A DNA stretch of 18,247 bases, from the NCBI GenBank assembly GCA_963803975.1, contig CAWDOY010000028.1, positions 1-18,247 of the forward strand. The letters run 5' to 3'. Positions 8,556 to 17,785 of the stretch are shown in pieces (within the stretch, counting starts at the first letter, position 1; each line of letters starts with the position of its first letter). This DNA is from an uncultured delta proteobacterium. GTDB taxonomy: Bacteria; Desulfobacterota; WTBG01; CAIYCZ01. The translations under genes were made by a program, and so were the position numbers. The notes under the pieces were generated by a model. The model saw only the letters and a program-made list of their open reading frames with translations, searched no databases and was not told the origin of the DNA.

Positions 8556-10846
8556 ATGTTTTCATTACTGACGGGGTAGCACGGAGTGGAAAAAAGAAAC
8601 TCTTTTCAGTACTGCTGATTTTATATGCTGTGCATTTCTTCTCCTGTGTTACCTGCTGCTCATTATCTTCTCACGCCTCTACACCATCTATCCTCTGGAT
8701 GATGACTGGTCCTACATCCGCGCGGCAGAGACGTTCTTATCAGACCGGGCAGATGAAATTTACTCCCTGGACAAGCCCCAGCCTTGTTTTTCAGGTTCTC
8801 TGGGGCAGCCTGTTTTGCTGGGTGCTGGGATTTTCTGCCAATACCCTGGTAGTTTCAACGCTCGCCATCAGCTGTATCGGCATGGTCTTTTTCTATCTGC
8901 TGCTGCGCGAAGCCGGCTGGGAGCCCGGAAAGTCTTTGTGCCTGTGCCTGCTGCTGGTCTTCAACCCGTTTTCCTTTCCCCTGCTTTTTACCTTTTTCAC
9001 CGATCACCATTTCTTAAGCCTGATGCTGGCAGCGCTCTTTTTCTATTATCGCGGGGCACAGCGGGAGAGTATCCGGTGTCTTGTGCTCGGCTCTGTTGTT
9101 ACCGCCCTGGCAGTGCTGGTGAGGCAGCAGGGGATTCTGCTGGCCGCAGGGGCAGCGCTTTATTTTGCGAGCATCGGGAGGAGGCGGGATAGAGCAGCGC
9201 TGCAGGCAGCCGTGGCGCTAGCGCTGCCGGTAATCGTATTTGCCGTTTACAGCTACTGGTTTAATGCCATCCATGGACCGACGGACTCTTCGCTCCAGCA
9301 GTGGCAGTGGATGATTGAAGATCTGAAAAACCCCCTGCGCCTGTTATCCAAAGCCCTGCACCGGCCGTTTCTTATCTTAGAGTTTACGGGCTTATGCCTC
9401 ATCCCGTTCAGCCTCTCCCTGCTGCCGGCACCGGGTGCGTGGCTGCGGCCAAGACAGACATCGTACTTGCTTCTGTTCTGTACTGCGGGCGTGGTATTAT
9501 TTCTGCTGGAACACGCCGGGATTTATTCTTCGGTATACACCTGGATGAACGGCTTTCATTTTGCCTATGTCTCCGAATACGGCTATCGCGGGGCAGATCA
9601 TGCGCTGCAGCTCTTCTATAAGATTATTGATTTCCTCGCGATATTTTCAATTTTAACCCTCATCTACGGTTTCGTCAAAGAACGAAAAAACATATCCCGC
9701 CGGGCAGCTGCCTCACCGCTGTCCATGCTTCTGCTCATGGGGGTGCTGCAGGTGCTGTACCTGCTGATCGTGCGCTATAAATTTACCCGCTATTATCTGG
9801 TCATGGTACCCTTTTTTATTCTCTGCGGCCTTGAGTTTTTAAAGCAGCGGGACATGCAGAAAAAATATTTTGTTCCCCTGCTTGCAGGCTTTATTGCACT
9901 CTGTTTTATGGGAACACAGGATTTCTTAAGCTTCAATGAGACGCGATGGAAACTGGGGGACCGGCTTCTCCGCAGCGGCATACCCGCGCGCACCCTGTCG
10001 GCAGGCTTTCCCTTTGACTGCTGGCACAATATGGACTACTGCCGCGCGCACCCCGCCGATATTGTCCCGCAGAAATATGATATTCCCTGGTGGTTTGAAG
10101 AGCTGCTGCCGGCAATGGATGCGCAGTATCTTATAAGCAGTTCGCCGGTCCCGTCCGGATTCTATTATCTGAAATATTTTTGTACTGACCGCTATACGGT
10201 TATTGATTCAGTTGACTATTACAGCCTGCTCTACATGAGAGCCATGAGGCTTTGCGTGCTCAAGCGGGAGCCGCAGTATGCCCCTGAAAAAAGAGGAGCA
10301 AGGTATTATAATTTTATAGATAATTTCAGCGGGGCACAGATACAGTACAGCGGGCCGATACCAGGCAACGGAATAAAGACAGGCTCCCTGAATATGGCCG
10401 GCGGCTCTCAACGCGCGCTTGCGCAGCCGGCAAGTACGCGTGCAACCTTTCGCCTCGGTCTTCCGCACCAGCCATGCCGGCTCAGGTTTTCTCTGGCACA
10501 GCTGCCGCCGGCTATTGAGGCGGGAGGGGGCGGGGCACTGTTTAAAATTTATTTGAATAATAACCTGTTAGAGAACATGTTTGATGCAGCAGGAATGGCC
10601 GGGGCAGACCAGCAGATGTCGTTTTTAAAACCGCGCAGCCATTTTTTGCGGCCGCGGACCATCTATCTGCAGTACCTCCCTGGCCGGCAGACTGCCGGGG
10701 AACGCGCCGGGGATGAGATTACGCTTGATATGTCACGATTTTCTGGTATGACAGTTGAAATTACTTTTGCCGTTGAACCGGGCCCGCAACCCAGTGCGCC
10801 GTCAAGCATCGGGCTGTGGGGCGAGCCAATAATAGAAACATATTGA
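8556..10846 (+). CDS. GT-C/ArnT(GT39/GT83)-like membrane glycosyltransferase with a C-terminal soluble beta-rich domain; 5' end frameshifted
   Basis: ORF 8507-10846 has convincing sequence only from ~8738 (YQTGQMKFTPWTSPSLVFQVLWG). Frame 1 at 8572-8736 supplies a TM helix and IYPLDDDWSYIRAAETF. ATG 8556 links in after removing one G at 8573-8576 (about 762 aa). Also FFTDHHF, LVRQQG and RYYL, and the C-terminus ends LDMSRFSG...GLWGEPII. Confidence 0.72.
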
Positions 10847-10862
10847 ATCCGGTAGCAGGCTG
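10846..10862 (+). repeat. 17-bp imperfect direct repeat of 8390-8406
   Basis: AATCCGGTAGCAGGCTG (10846-10862) versus AATCCTGTAGCAGGCTG (8390-8406), 16/17 identical. Confidence 0.6.
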
Positions 10863-10910
10863 GTCGCGCAGCGGGCAGCACTATATCCCGTTAGTCCTTT
10901 AGTTGTTATT

Positions 10911-10957
10911 TTCGTGTTTTTTGGCAAGAAAATTGAAACACGAATACAAGCACGAAA
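10911..10957. repeat. Inverted repeat with an extra CACGAA unit
   Basis: TTCGTGTTT (10911-10919) and AAACACGAA (10936-10944) form a perfect 9-bp stem with a 16-nt loop. A further CACGAAA lies at 10951-10957. Confidence 0.5.
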
Positions 10958-11008
10958 CAAACACAAACTTCAATCTGAATGATCAAAAATCGGCCATGAA
11001 TTGTTTTA

Positions 11009-11089
11009 GCCACGGAACGTACCGAGTTTACAGAAGTACGACTCATTTCTCATGATTTTACTTCAGTGTTATTCTGTGTTTTCTGTGGC
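11009..11089. repeat. Imperfect ~30-bp inverted repeat built from ~9-nt ACAGA-type units
   Basis: GCCACGGAACGTACCGAGTTTACAGAAGTA (11009-11038) versus the reverse complement of 11059-11089, GCCACAGAAAACACAGAATAACACTGAAGTA. Confidence 0.55.
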
Positions 11090-11143
11090 CATACATAAAA
11101 AGTATTTAGTTCCGGCTTATCCGGGTTAGGGAAAATAGAATTT

Positions 11144-14124
11144 ATGGCACACCGTATTGAAGTGGGATTTAAATCTGATATCAGGGATGCGCTGGGAGAA
11201 AAAGTGCGCAAGAGGATTAAGGATGACCTCAACATGGCGGTAGCAGCGGTGCGCACTATTGAAGTCTATACCGTGGACATGGATCTGAGCAGCGAAGAGC
11301 TTACGGCACTGGCTGCAGGGCCGTTTTCCGATCCCGTCATTCAGGAATACCTGATTGACCGGCCTCTGGCGAGGGAGTTTGACTGGCTCATCGAGGTAGG
11401 CCTCAGGCCCGGTGTTACTGACAATGTGGGGCGGACCGCACGGGAGGCGCTGGCGCTGCTGCTCAGCCAGATCCCCCGGCATTGATGAAAAGGTCTATGC
11501 CTCGCGCCAGTATCTCATCTGCGGGGATCTTGACCGGGCCGGGGCAGAGCACATTGCTAAAGACCTGCTGGCCAATGAGCTGATACAGCATTTTGAAATA
11601 TTTTCGCGCGCAGCGTTTGATTATGAGCGGGGGGTTCCGGCGAAAGCTCCGCGGGTCAGGGAAAGCGCGGCCCTTACGGTGGAGGAGATTGATCTTAATG
11701 GTTCTGATGAAGAGCTTGTGCGCATCAGCAGGGAGCGGCTGCTGGCGCTCAGTCTTGCCGAGATGAAGGTGCTGCAGGCCTATTTTGCCCGGGAGGATGT
11801 TCGCGCGCAGCGGCAGCAGGTTGGCCTCGGGGCACGGGCAACCGATGTGGAGCTGGAAGCACTTGCCCAGACCTGGTCGGAGCATTGCAAACACAAAATT
11901 TTCAACGCCGCGATTGAGTACGCTGATGAGCGGGGGCAGCAGACAGTCATCAACAGCCTGTTTGATACCTATATCAGGGGCGCAACCCGGAAGGTGCGGT
12001 CAAAGCTTGGCGACCGTGACTGGTGTGTTTCAGTATTCACCGATAATGCCGGCATCATTTCCTGGAATGATCACTACAACCTGGTTTTTAAAGTGGAAAC
12101 CCATAACAGCCCGTCTGCACTTGACCCCTATGGCGGCGCGCTCACCGGCATTGTCGGCGTGAACCGCGATCCGCTGGGCACGGGCAAGGGGTCGCGCCTC
12201 ATCTTCAACACCGATGTGTTCTGCTTTGCCTCGCCGTTTTATGAAGAAGACGCTGCCGCCGCGCATCCTGCATCCCCGGCGAATTTATGAAGGCGTGCGG
12301 GAAGGGGTTGAGCACGGCGGCAATAAAAGCGGGATTCCGACCGTCAACGGCAGCATCGTGTTCGATGACCGGTTTCTGGGAAAGCCCCTGGTCTATTGCG
12401 GAACTGCCGGCATCATGCCCCGAGAGATTCTCGGCGAGCCTTCGCATACCAAAGAGGTGCGGCCGGGCGACCTGATTGTCATGACCGGCGGCCGCATTGG
12501 AAAAGACGGTATCCACGGCGCAACGTTTTCCTCTGAAGAGCTGCATGAAGGCTCTCCGGTGACGGCAGTGCAGATAGGAGACCCGATTACCCAGAAGCGG
12601 ATGATCGATTTTCTGCTTATTGCGCGCGATCGCGGCCTCTACCGCTGCATCACTGATAACGGGGCCGGGGGCCTGTCATCTTCGGTGGGAGAAATGGCCC
12701 AGTACTCTAACGGCTGCGAGCTGGATCTGAAAGCCGCCCCTCTTAAATATGCAGGCCTGCAGCCCTGGGAGATTCTCCTGTCAGAAGCGCAGGAGCGCAT
12801 GACCCTGGCAGTGCCGCCGGGAGAGCGTGAAGAGTTTATGACCCTGGCACAGAACATGGGCGTGGAAGCAACGGTCCTCGGCCATTTTACCGACAGCGGC
12901 AATTTCCACATTTTATATGACGGGAAAACCGTCGCCTGCCTGGATATGCAGTTTCTCCATGCAGGGCTCCCCCGCATGCAGCTCCTTGCCGTGTGGAAGC
13001 CGCCCCAGCACCAGGACCCGGAATGTGCTGACCCGGTCGACAGCACGCCGCTGCTGAAAAAACTGCTCGCGCGGCCGAACATTTGCAGCAAGGAAGCAGT
13101 GGTGCGACAGTATGATCACGAAGTGCAGGGGGGAAGCGTGATTAAACCCCTCTCCGGGGTCGCCAATGACGGCCCGTCAGATGCAGCGGTCTTGCGGCCG
13201 GTGCTTGACAGCCTGCAGGGAGTGGTCGTGAGCCATGGCATCTGCCCGCGCTACAGCGACCTGGACACCTACCACATGGTTGCCTGCGCTATTGATGAGG
13301 CACTGAGAAATTTTCTCTGCGTGGGGGGAAGCCTTGAGGGTATCGCCGGGCTTGACAACTTCTGCTGGTGCGATCCGCTGCCGTCAGAAAAAAATCCTGA
13401 TGCTGAATATAAACTGGCCCAGCTGGTGCGCGCCAACATGGCGCTCTATGATTATGCCACGGCCTACATGATTCCCCTGATCTCGGGAAAAGACAGCATG
13501 AAGAATGATTATATCATCGGCGCTCTTAAAATATCAATTCCGCCGACCGTGCTCTTTTCCATAATCGGAAAAATTGATGATGTGCGCAAGGCCGTTACCA
13601 TGGATGCCAAGTCAGTCGGAGACCTGGTGTATGTGCTGGGAGAGACCCGTGATGAGCTGGGAGGGTCTGAGTATTTTTCATTGTATAACAGCATTGGCGC
13701 CCAGGTGCCTGCAGTAGACGCAAAAAAGGCGCTTAAGCTCTACCGGAGCCTGGGCAAAGCCATGTCCCGGGGGCTGGTGCGATCCTGCCACGACTGCTCG
13801 GACGGCGGGCTGGGGGTGGCGCTGGCGGAAACAGCGTTTTCCGGCGGGCTGGGCATGACTGTTGACCTGAAAAAAGTGCCCGCCGCAAAAATCTCGCGCA
13901 ATGATTTCCTGCTTTTCTCCGAGAGCCAGAGCCGGTTTGTGGTGACGGTTGCACCGGATGACCGGAAAGACTTTGAGCGCTGCATGAAGGGAAATGTTTT
14001 TGCAGAAATCGGCATTGTCGAGAAGGACCCGCAGTTCAGGATTATTGGACTCAATGACACCATTGTCATAGATGCAGGTATCTTTGACCTCAAGGAATCC
14101 TGGCAGAAAACCCTTCGCTTTTAA
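11144..14124 (+). CDS. purL: Phosphoribosylformylglycinamidine synthase subunit PurL (long form with PurS-like N-terminal regions, no glutaminase domain); two frameshifts
   Basis: ORFs 11144-11485, 11412-12290 and 12214-14124 join after single-base removals at the C5 run 11473-11477 and near 12244-12246 (about 992 aa). Motifs AQTWSEHCKHKIF, KVETHNSPS, PYGGALTG, GKDGIHGATFSS, DNGAGGL, SEAQERM, QYDHEV, ISGKDS, HDCSDGGL and FSES. Confidence 0.95.
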
Positions 14125-14140
14125 CCCTCGTCGCGTTTTA

Positions 14141-16649
14141 ATGAATACCGCAGTATCGCAAACAGCACGCGTTGTATGCTCAGCCCTGTGTTCTGGTGTT
14201 AATCACGCTGGCCGCCTACAGCGGCTCGCTGCGCAATGATTTTGTTGACTGGGATGATCAGGAGTATGTTGCAAACAATCCCCTGATAAAAAACCTGTCT
14301 TTCCCCGCCATCAGGGAGCTGTTTACCCGCACCTATCAGGCAACCTATAACCCGCTGGTGTTTCTATCCTTTGCTATTGAGTATTCTCTGATCCGGCTTA
14401 ACCCGTTTTATTATCATCTCAACAATACCATCCTGCACTGCATAAACAGCGTGCTGGTCTTTTTTCTGGTGATGCTTCTCAGCAAAAACCTGCTGGTATC
14501 CCTGCTGAGCGGAGTGCTGTTCGGGGTTCACCCGCTGCATGTGGAATCAGTGGCATGGGTAACGGAACGAAAAGATGTGCTGTCAGCCGTGTTTTTTCTG
14601 TCTGCTTTCATTGGGTATATTTTTTATTGCAGGCGCAGAACCATAGCACGGTATTGCGGTATCCTCCTTTTATTTCTGCTGTCGCTGCTGTCAAAGCCTG
14701 CCGGGATAACCCTGCCCATTATGATGATTGCCTATGATGTGCTGCTGCTCAATCGACGCGGGATGTCGGTCCTGCGGGATAAAATACCATTCATACTCAT
14801 CAGCCTGATATTCGGCGGCATTACGCTGTATGTTCAGCAGACCGGCGGCGGGGTGGACATAGAGGTGAGTTACTCACTGGCGGAAAAGGTATTTATTGTG
14901 TATTACAGCTACTTTTTCTATATCCTCAAGACCCTTTTCCCGGTCACCCTGTCTGCCCTGTATCCGTACCCGAAAATCATAGCGTTTTTGTCTCCGCTCT
15001 CGTGCATCTCGTGTATCTGCGTGGCGCTCTGCGCTGCCGCTGTTTTTTATTTTCGAACATGCAGGGTAATGACCTTTTACGCCCTGTTTTTCTTCATTAC
15101 GCTCGTGCCCGGGCTCAAGGTGATCCCGTTTGGCAATAGCATTGTAGCGGACCGGTTTGCCTATATTCCTTCGCTGGGACTGCTGGCACTGCTTGCGACC
15201 GGGATCGTGGCACTATGCAATCAAAGTGCCCGCTGGAAATTAACGGCTGGTGTCTGCTGCAGCATTATTATTACCGCATGCTTTGCGCTGCTGACCTATG
15301 AACGCTGCAGCGTATGGAAAGACAGCATGGCGCTCTGGACCGACACGGTACGCAAGAGCCCTGAGGCTGAACTTGCTCAGTATGGTTTGGGCAGTGCTTA
15401 CGGGAAGGCAGGAGACCTGCACCAGGCCATCGCTGCATATAACCGCGCACTTTCTCTTGCGCCCTCATTTATCGATGCGCACATATCCCTGGGAAACGCC
15501 CTGCGCGTGATAGGAAAACATGCGGAGGCAACGGAACAGATCAAAAAGTCGCTGGCCTTTGACGTTAAGAAGCCGCGCTCATACCTTGTCCTTGGAGAAA
15601 TCTGCCGCGAAGCGGGCAACCTGGACGAAGCACTTTCTTACTACAGCACAGCTGCCCGTGCTGATGCAACACTGGCTGAAGCATATGTCGGCATCGGGAA
15701 TGTCTACCGCAAAAAGGGGATGCCGGAAAAAGCTCTTGCAGCATACAACCAGGCACTGGCCCTGAATCCTGATTCCCCGACGCTCTATACCGAACGGGGG
15801 CTGTTTTACCGGGAGCAGGGAAAGATAGAAGAAGCAATCCTGAATTATAATGCGGCTCTTGCCCTGGACCCGCGCTACGCTGAAGCGCATAACAATCTGG
15901 GATGGCTTTACCAGCAGCAGGGGCAGTATGACCAGGCTCTCCAGTGCCTTGAAAAGGCCATAGCGAGCAACCCTTCTTTGCTCACTGCCTATGATAATAT
16001 GGTACAGGTATACCTGAAGCAGAATAATCGAAAACAGGCTGTGGCAACCTACCGGCGCTGCCTGGCTGCAAATGAGACAGCAGATGCGTTCCAGCGCCTG
16101 GTGGGTCTCTATTACCGGCTGGGCATGAAGGATGACATTGTTCAATACTGTGAGATGCTTCAACCAGGCAGTCCGCTGTATGCGGATGGCCTGCTGTGCC
16201 TCGGGGAGTATTACCGGAAAGAAGGCAATCTGCAGAAGGCGCTAGACCTGTATCAACAGGCACGTGCAGCCAGAAATACTGATCCGCGGATTTTCTTTTC
16301 TCTGGGCATGGCGTTTCTCCAGCAGGGCAGGATACCCGATGCCCGGGAGAATCTTGAGCAGGCAAAAGCGCTCGGGCTTAAAAATCCTGCTCTCTGCACC
16401 AAACTGGGAGTCATGTATTTCAACCAGGGAATGGCTGATAAGGCCCTGCGCGAGTTCAGCGAGGCCCTGGAAATTGATCCCCGAGGGATAGTGCCGCACC
16501 TGTATCTGGCACAAATCTACTCCGGCTCGCTACAGAATAAACAGCAGGCAGTAGACCATTTAAAAAAAGTGCTCGAAATAGACCCGCGCATACCGCAGGC
16601 TGATACCATACGAGCTGATATCCAGCGGCTGGAGAAAGAAATTAAATAA
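14141..16649 (+). CDS. Second TMTC-like GT-C membrane glycosyltransferase with 12 C-terminal TPR repeats
   Basis: ORF 14172-16649 has FVDWDD, YNPL, HPLHVESVAWVTERKD, SKP, ADRFAYIP and VWKDSMALW, then 12 consecutive ~34-aa TPRs. The likely true start is ATG 14141 (MNTAVSQTARVVCSAL), joined by a one-base removal near 14185-14190. Confidence 0.85.
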
Positions 16650-16691
16650 GAACACAGGCACAAAACCGCAGACAGTAGACCACAGAAAAGC
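16650..16691 (+). repeat. Degenerate tandem heptamers
   Basis: GAACACA GGCACAA AACCGCA GACAGTA GACCACA GAAAAGC, beginning directly after the stop codon. Confidence 0.4.
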
Positions 16692-16709
16692 GGAGCTATC
16701 AATTTTCTA

Positions 16710-16738
16710 TTGACTGCCGCAGGGTGTGACATTATAAC
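16710..16738 (+). promoter_or_regulatory. Sigma70-type promoter upstream of purQ
   Basis: TTGACT (16710-16715), a 17-nt spacer and TATAAC (16733-16738). Each hexamer matches consensus at 5/6. Confidence 0.65.
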
Positions 16739-16776
16739 GAAGAACAGATGATCAAACGGAAACAAGTGATAAGGAG

Positions 16777-17601
16777 ATGAGATTGAGAAAAATCCGGGCG
16801 ATTGTAGTATCAGGTAACGGCACCAACTGTGAGCGGGAGATGGCGCACGCCTGCAGGGTGGGCGGCGCGGATGACGTGGACATTGTGCACTTCTCGCAGC
16901 TCCTGCAGGGAGAAAAATCGCTGCTTGATTATGACTTTCTCAACCTGCCGGGCGGGTTCCTGGACGGGGATGATCTGGGGTTGGCCAAGGCCCATGCCAT
17001 ACGGCTTCGTTATGCCAGAACCGCTCACGGCGAAAGTCTTTTTGACCAGATCCGCACCTTTATCAGCCGGGGCAAAATCATTCTCGGCATCTGTAACGGT
17101 TTTCAGCTGCTGGCAAAGCTCGGCCTGGTGCCGGCCCTTAACGGAGCATACGGCACGCAGGCCACCACGCTTACCTTTAATGATTCAGGAACCTTTGAAG
17201 ACCGGTGGGCCTATCTTACGGTGAATGAAAAATCTCCGTGCATTTTCACCCGGGGCTTAAGCAGCCTGTATCTGCCGGTGCGGCACGGTGAGGGGAAATT
17301 TATACCCGGAGATGCAGCTGTTCTGAATGAGCTTCAGGACAAGAATCTGGTGGTTGCCCAGTACACTGACCGGAGCTGCGAAAAGGCGGTGATGGATTAC
17401 CCGCTCAACCCGAATGGATCGGTGGAGGCAATTGCCGGAATCTGTGATGAGACCGGACGGGTATTCGGCATGATGCCGCACCCTGAAGCCTATCTGCATT
17501 ACACTAACCACCCGCGCTGGACGCGTGAACCGGTTCCGGAAGAGGGCATGGGGGTGGCAATTTTCAGAAACGCCATAGAATATTTACGAAAGAATATATG
17601 A
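16777..17601 (+). CDS. purQ: Phosphoribosylformylglycinamidine synthase glutaminase subunit PurQ
   Basis: GNGTNCERE, LPGGFLDGDDLG, catalytic LGICNGFQ, PVRHGEG, YPLNPNGS and GMMPHPE. The RBS AAGGAG (16771-16776) abuts ATG 16777, so in-frame TTG 16783 may be the real start. Confidence 0.96.
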   Translation: MRLRKIRAIVVSGNGTNCEREMAHACRVGGADDVDIVHFSQLLQGEKSLLDYDFLNLPGGFLDGDDLGLAKAHAIRLRYARTAHGESLFDQIRTFISRGKIILGICNGFQLLAKLGLVPALNGAYGTQATTLTFNDSGTFEDRWAYLTVNEKSPCIFTRGLSSLYLPVRHGEGKFIPGDAAVLNELQDKNLVVAQYTDRSCEKAVMDYPLNPNGSVEAIAGICDETGRVFGMMPHPEAYLHYTNHPRWTREPVPEEGMGVAIFRNAIEYLRKNI

Positions 17602-17614
17602 GTTAATCAGGCGC

Positions 17615-17779
17615 AATTCGGAATGTGGAGCGGGGTCGGTGAATGGGTAACCGTCGCAGGTGAAAAGGTTAAGAGGTTCATCAGTGAATGGAAAAGGTGA
17701 CCAGTGACTAATCACTAACCACGAGTTCCGAACCCCGAATCGTTTGGCCCCTGGATCCTCGACCCCTTGGACCCTCAAT
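17615..17779. repeat. Mosaic of degenerate 7-mer and 8-mer tandem repeats with a G-rich 5' half and a C-rich 3' half
   Basis: AGGTGAAA AGGTTAAG AGGTTCAT (17658-17681), GTGACCA GTGACTA ATCACTA ACCACGA GTTCCGA ACCCCGA (17697-17738), and CCCCTGGA TCCTCGAC CCCTTGGA CCCTCAAT (17748-17779). Confidence 0.55.
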
Positions 17780-17785
17780 TTCTTT

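Noticed and set aside
8507..8737. N-terminal ~77 aa of the called ORF 8507-10846
   Set aside because: It starts inside the inverted-repeat element and lacks the TM1 plus DD loop that is present in the alternative frame.
10921..10937. Possible sigma54 promoter TTGGCAAGAAAATTGAA upstream of purL
   Set aside because: The -24 GG and spacing fit, but the -12 element is GA rather than GC, and it lies in the loop of a repeat-like hairpin.
10863..11143. Purine or ZTP riboswitch upstream of purL
   Set aside because: No recognisable conserved core of either class by eye. An Infernal/Rfam scan would be decisive.
11144..14124. purL as a genuine pseudogene or programmed-frameshift gene
   Set aside because: All recognisable conserved motifs are intact, purQ is intact, and the same +1 pattern affects unrelated genes without a shared slippery site, so sequencing error is more parsimonious.
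17602..17785. CRISPR array or tRNA in the repeat-rich spacers
   Set aside because: Units are 7-9 nt, degenerate and adjacent, with no 23-47 nt repeats separated by unique spacers, no cas genes and no cloverleaf.
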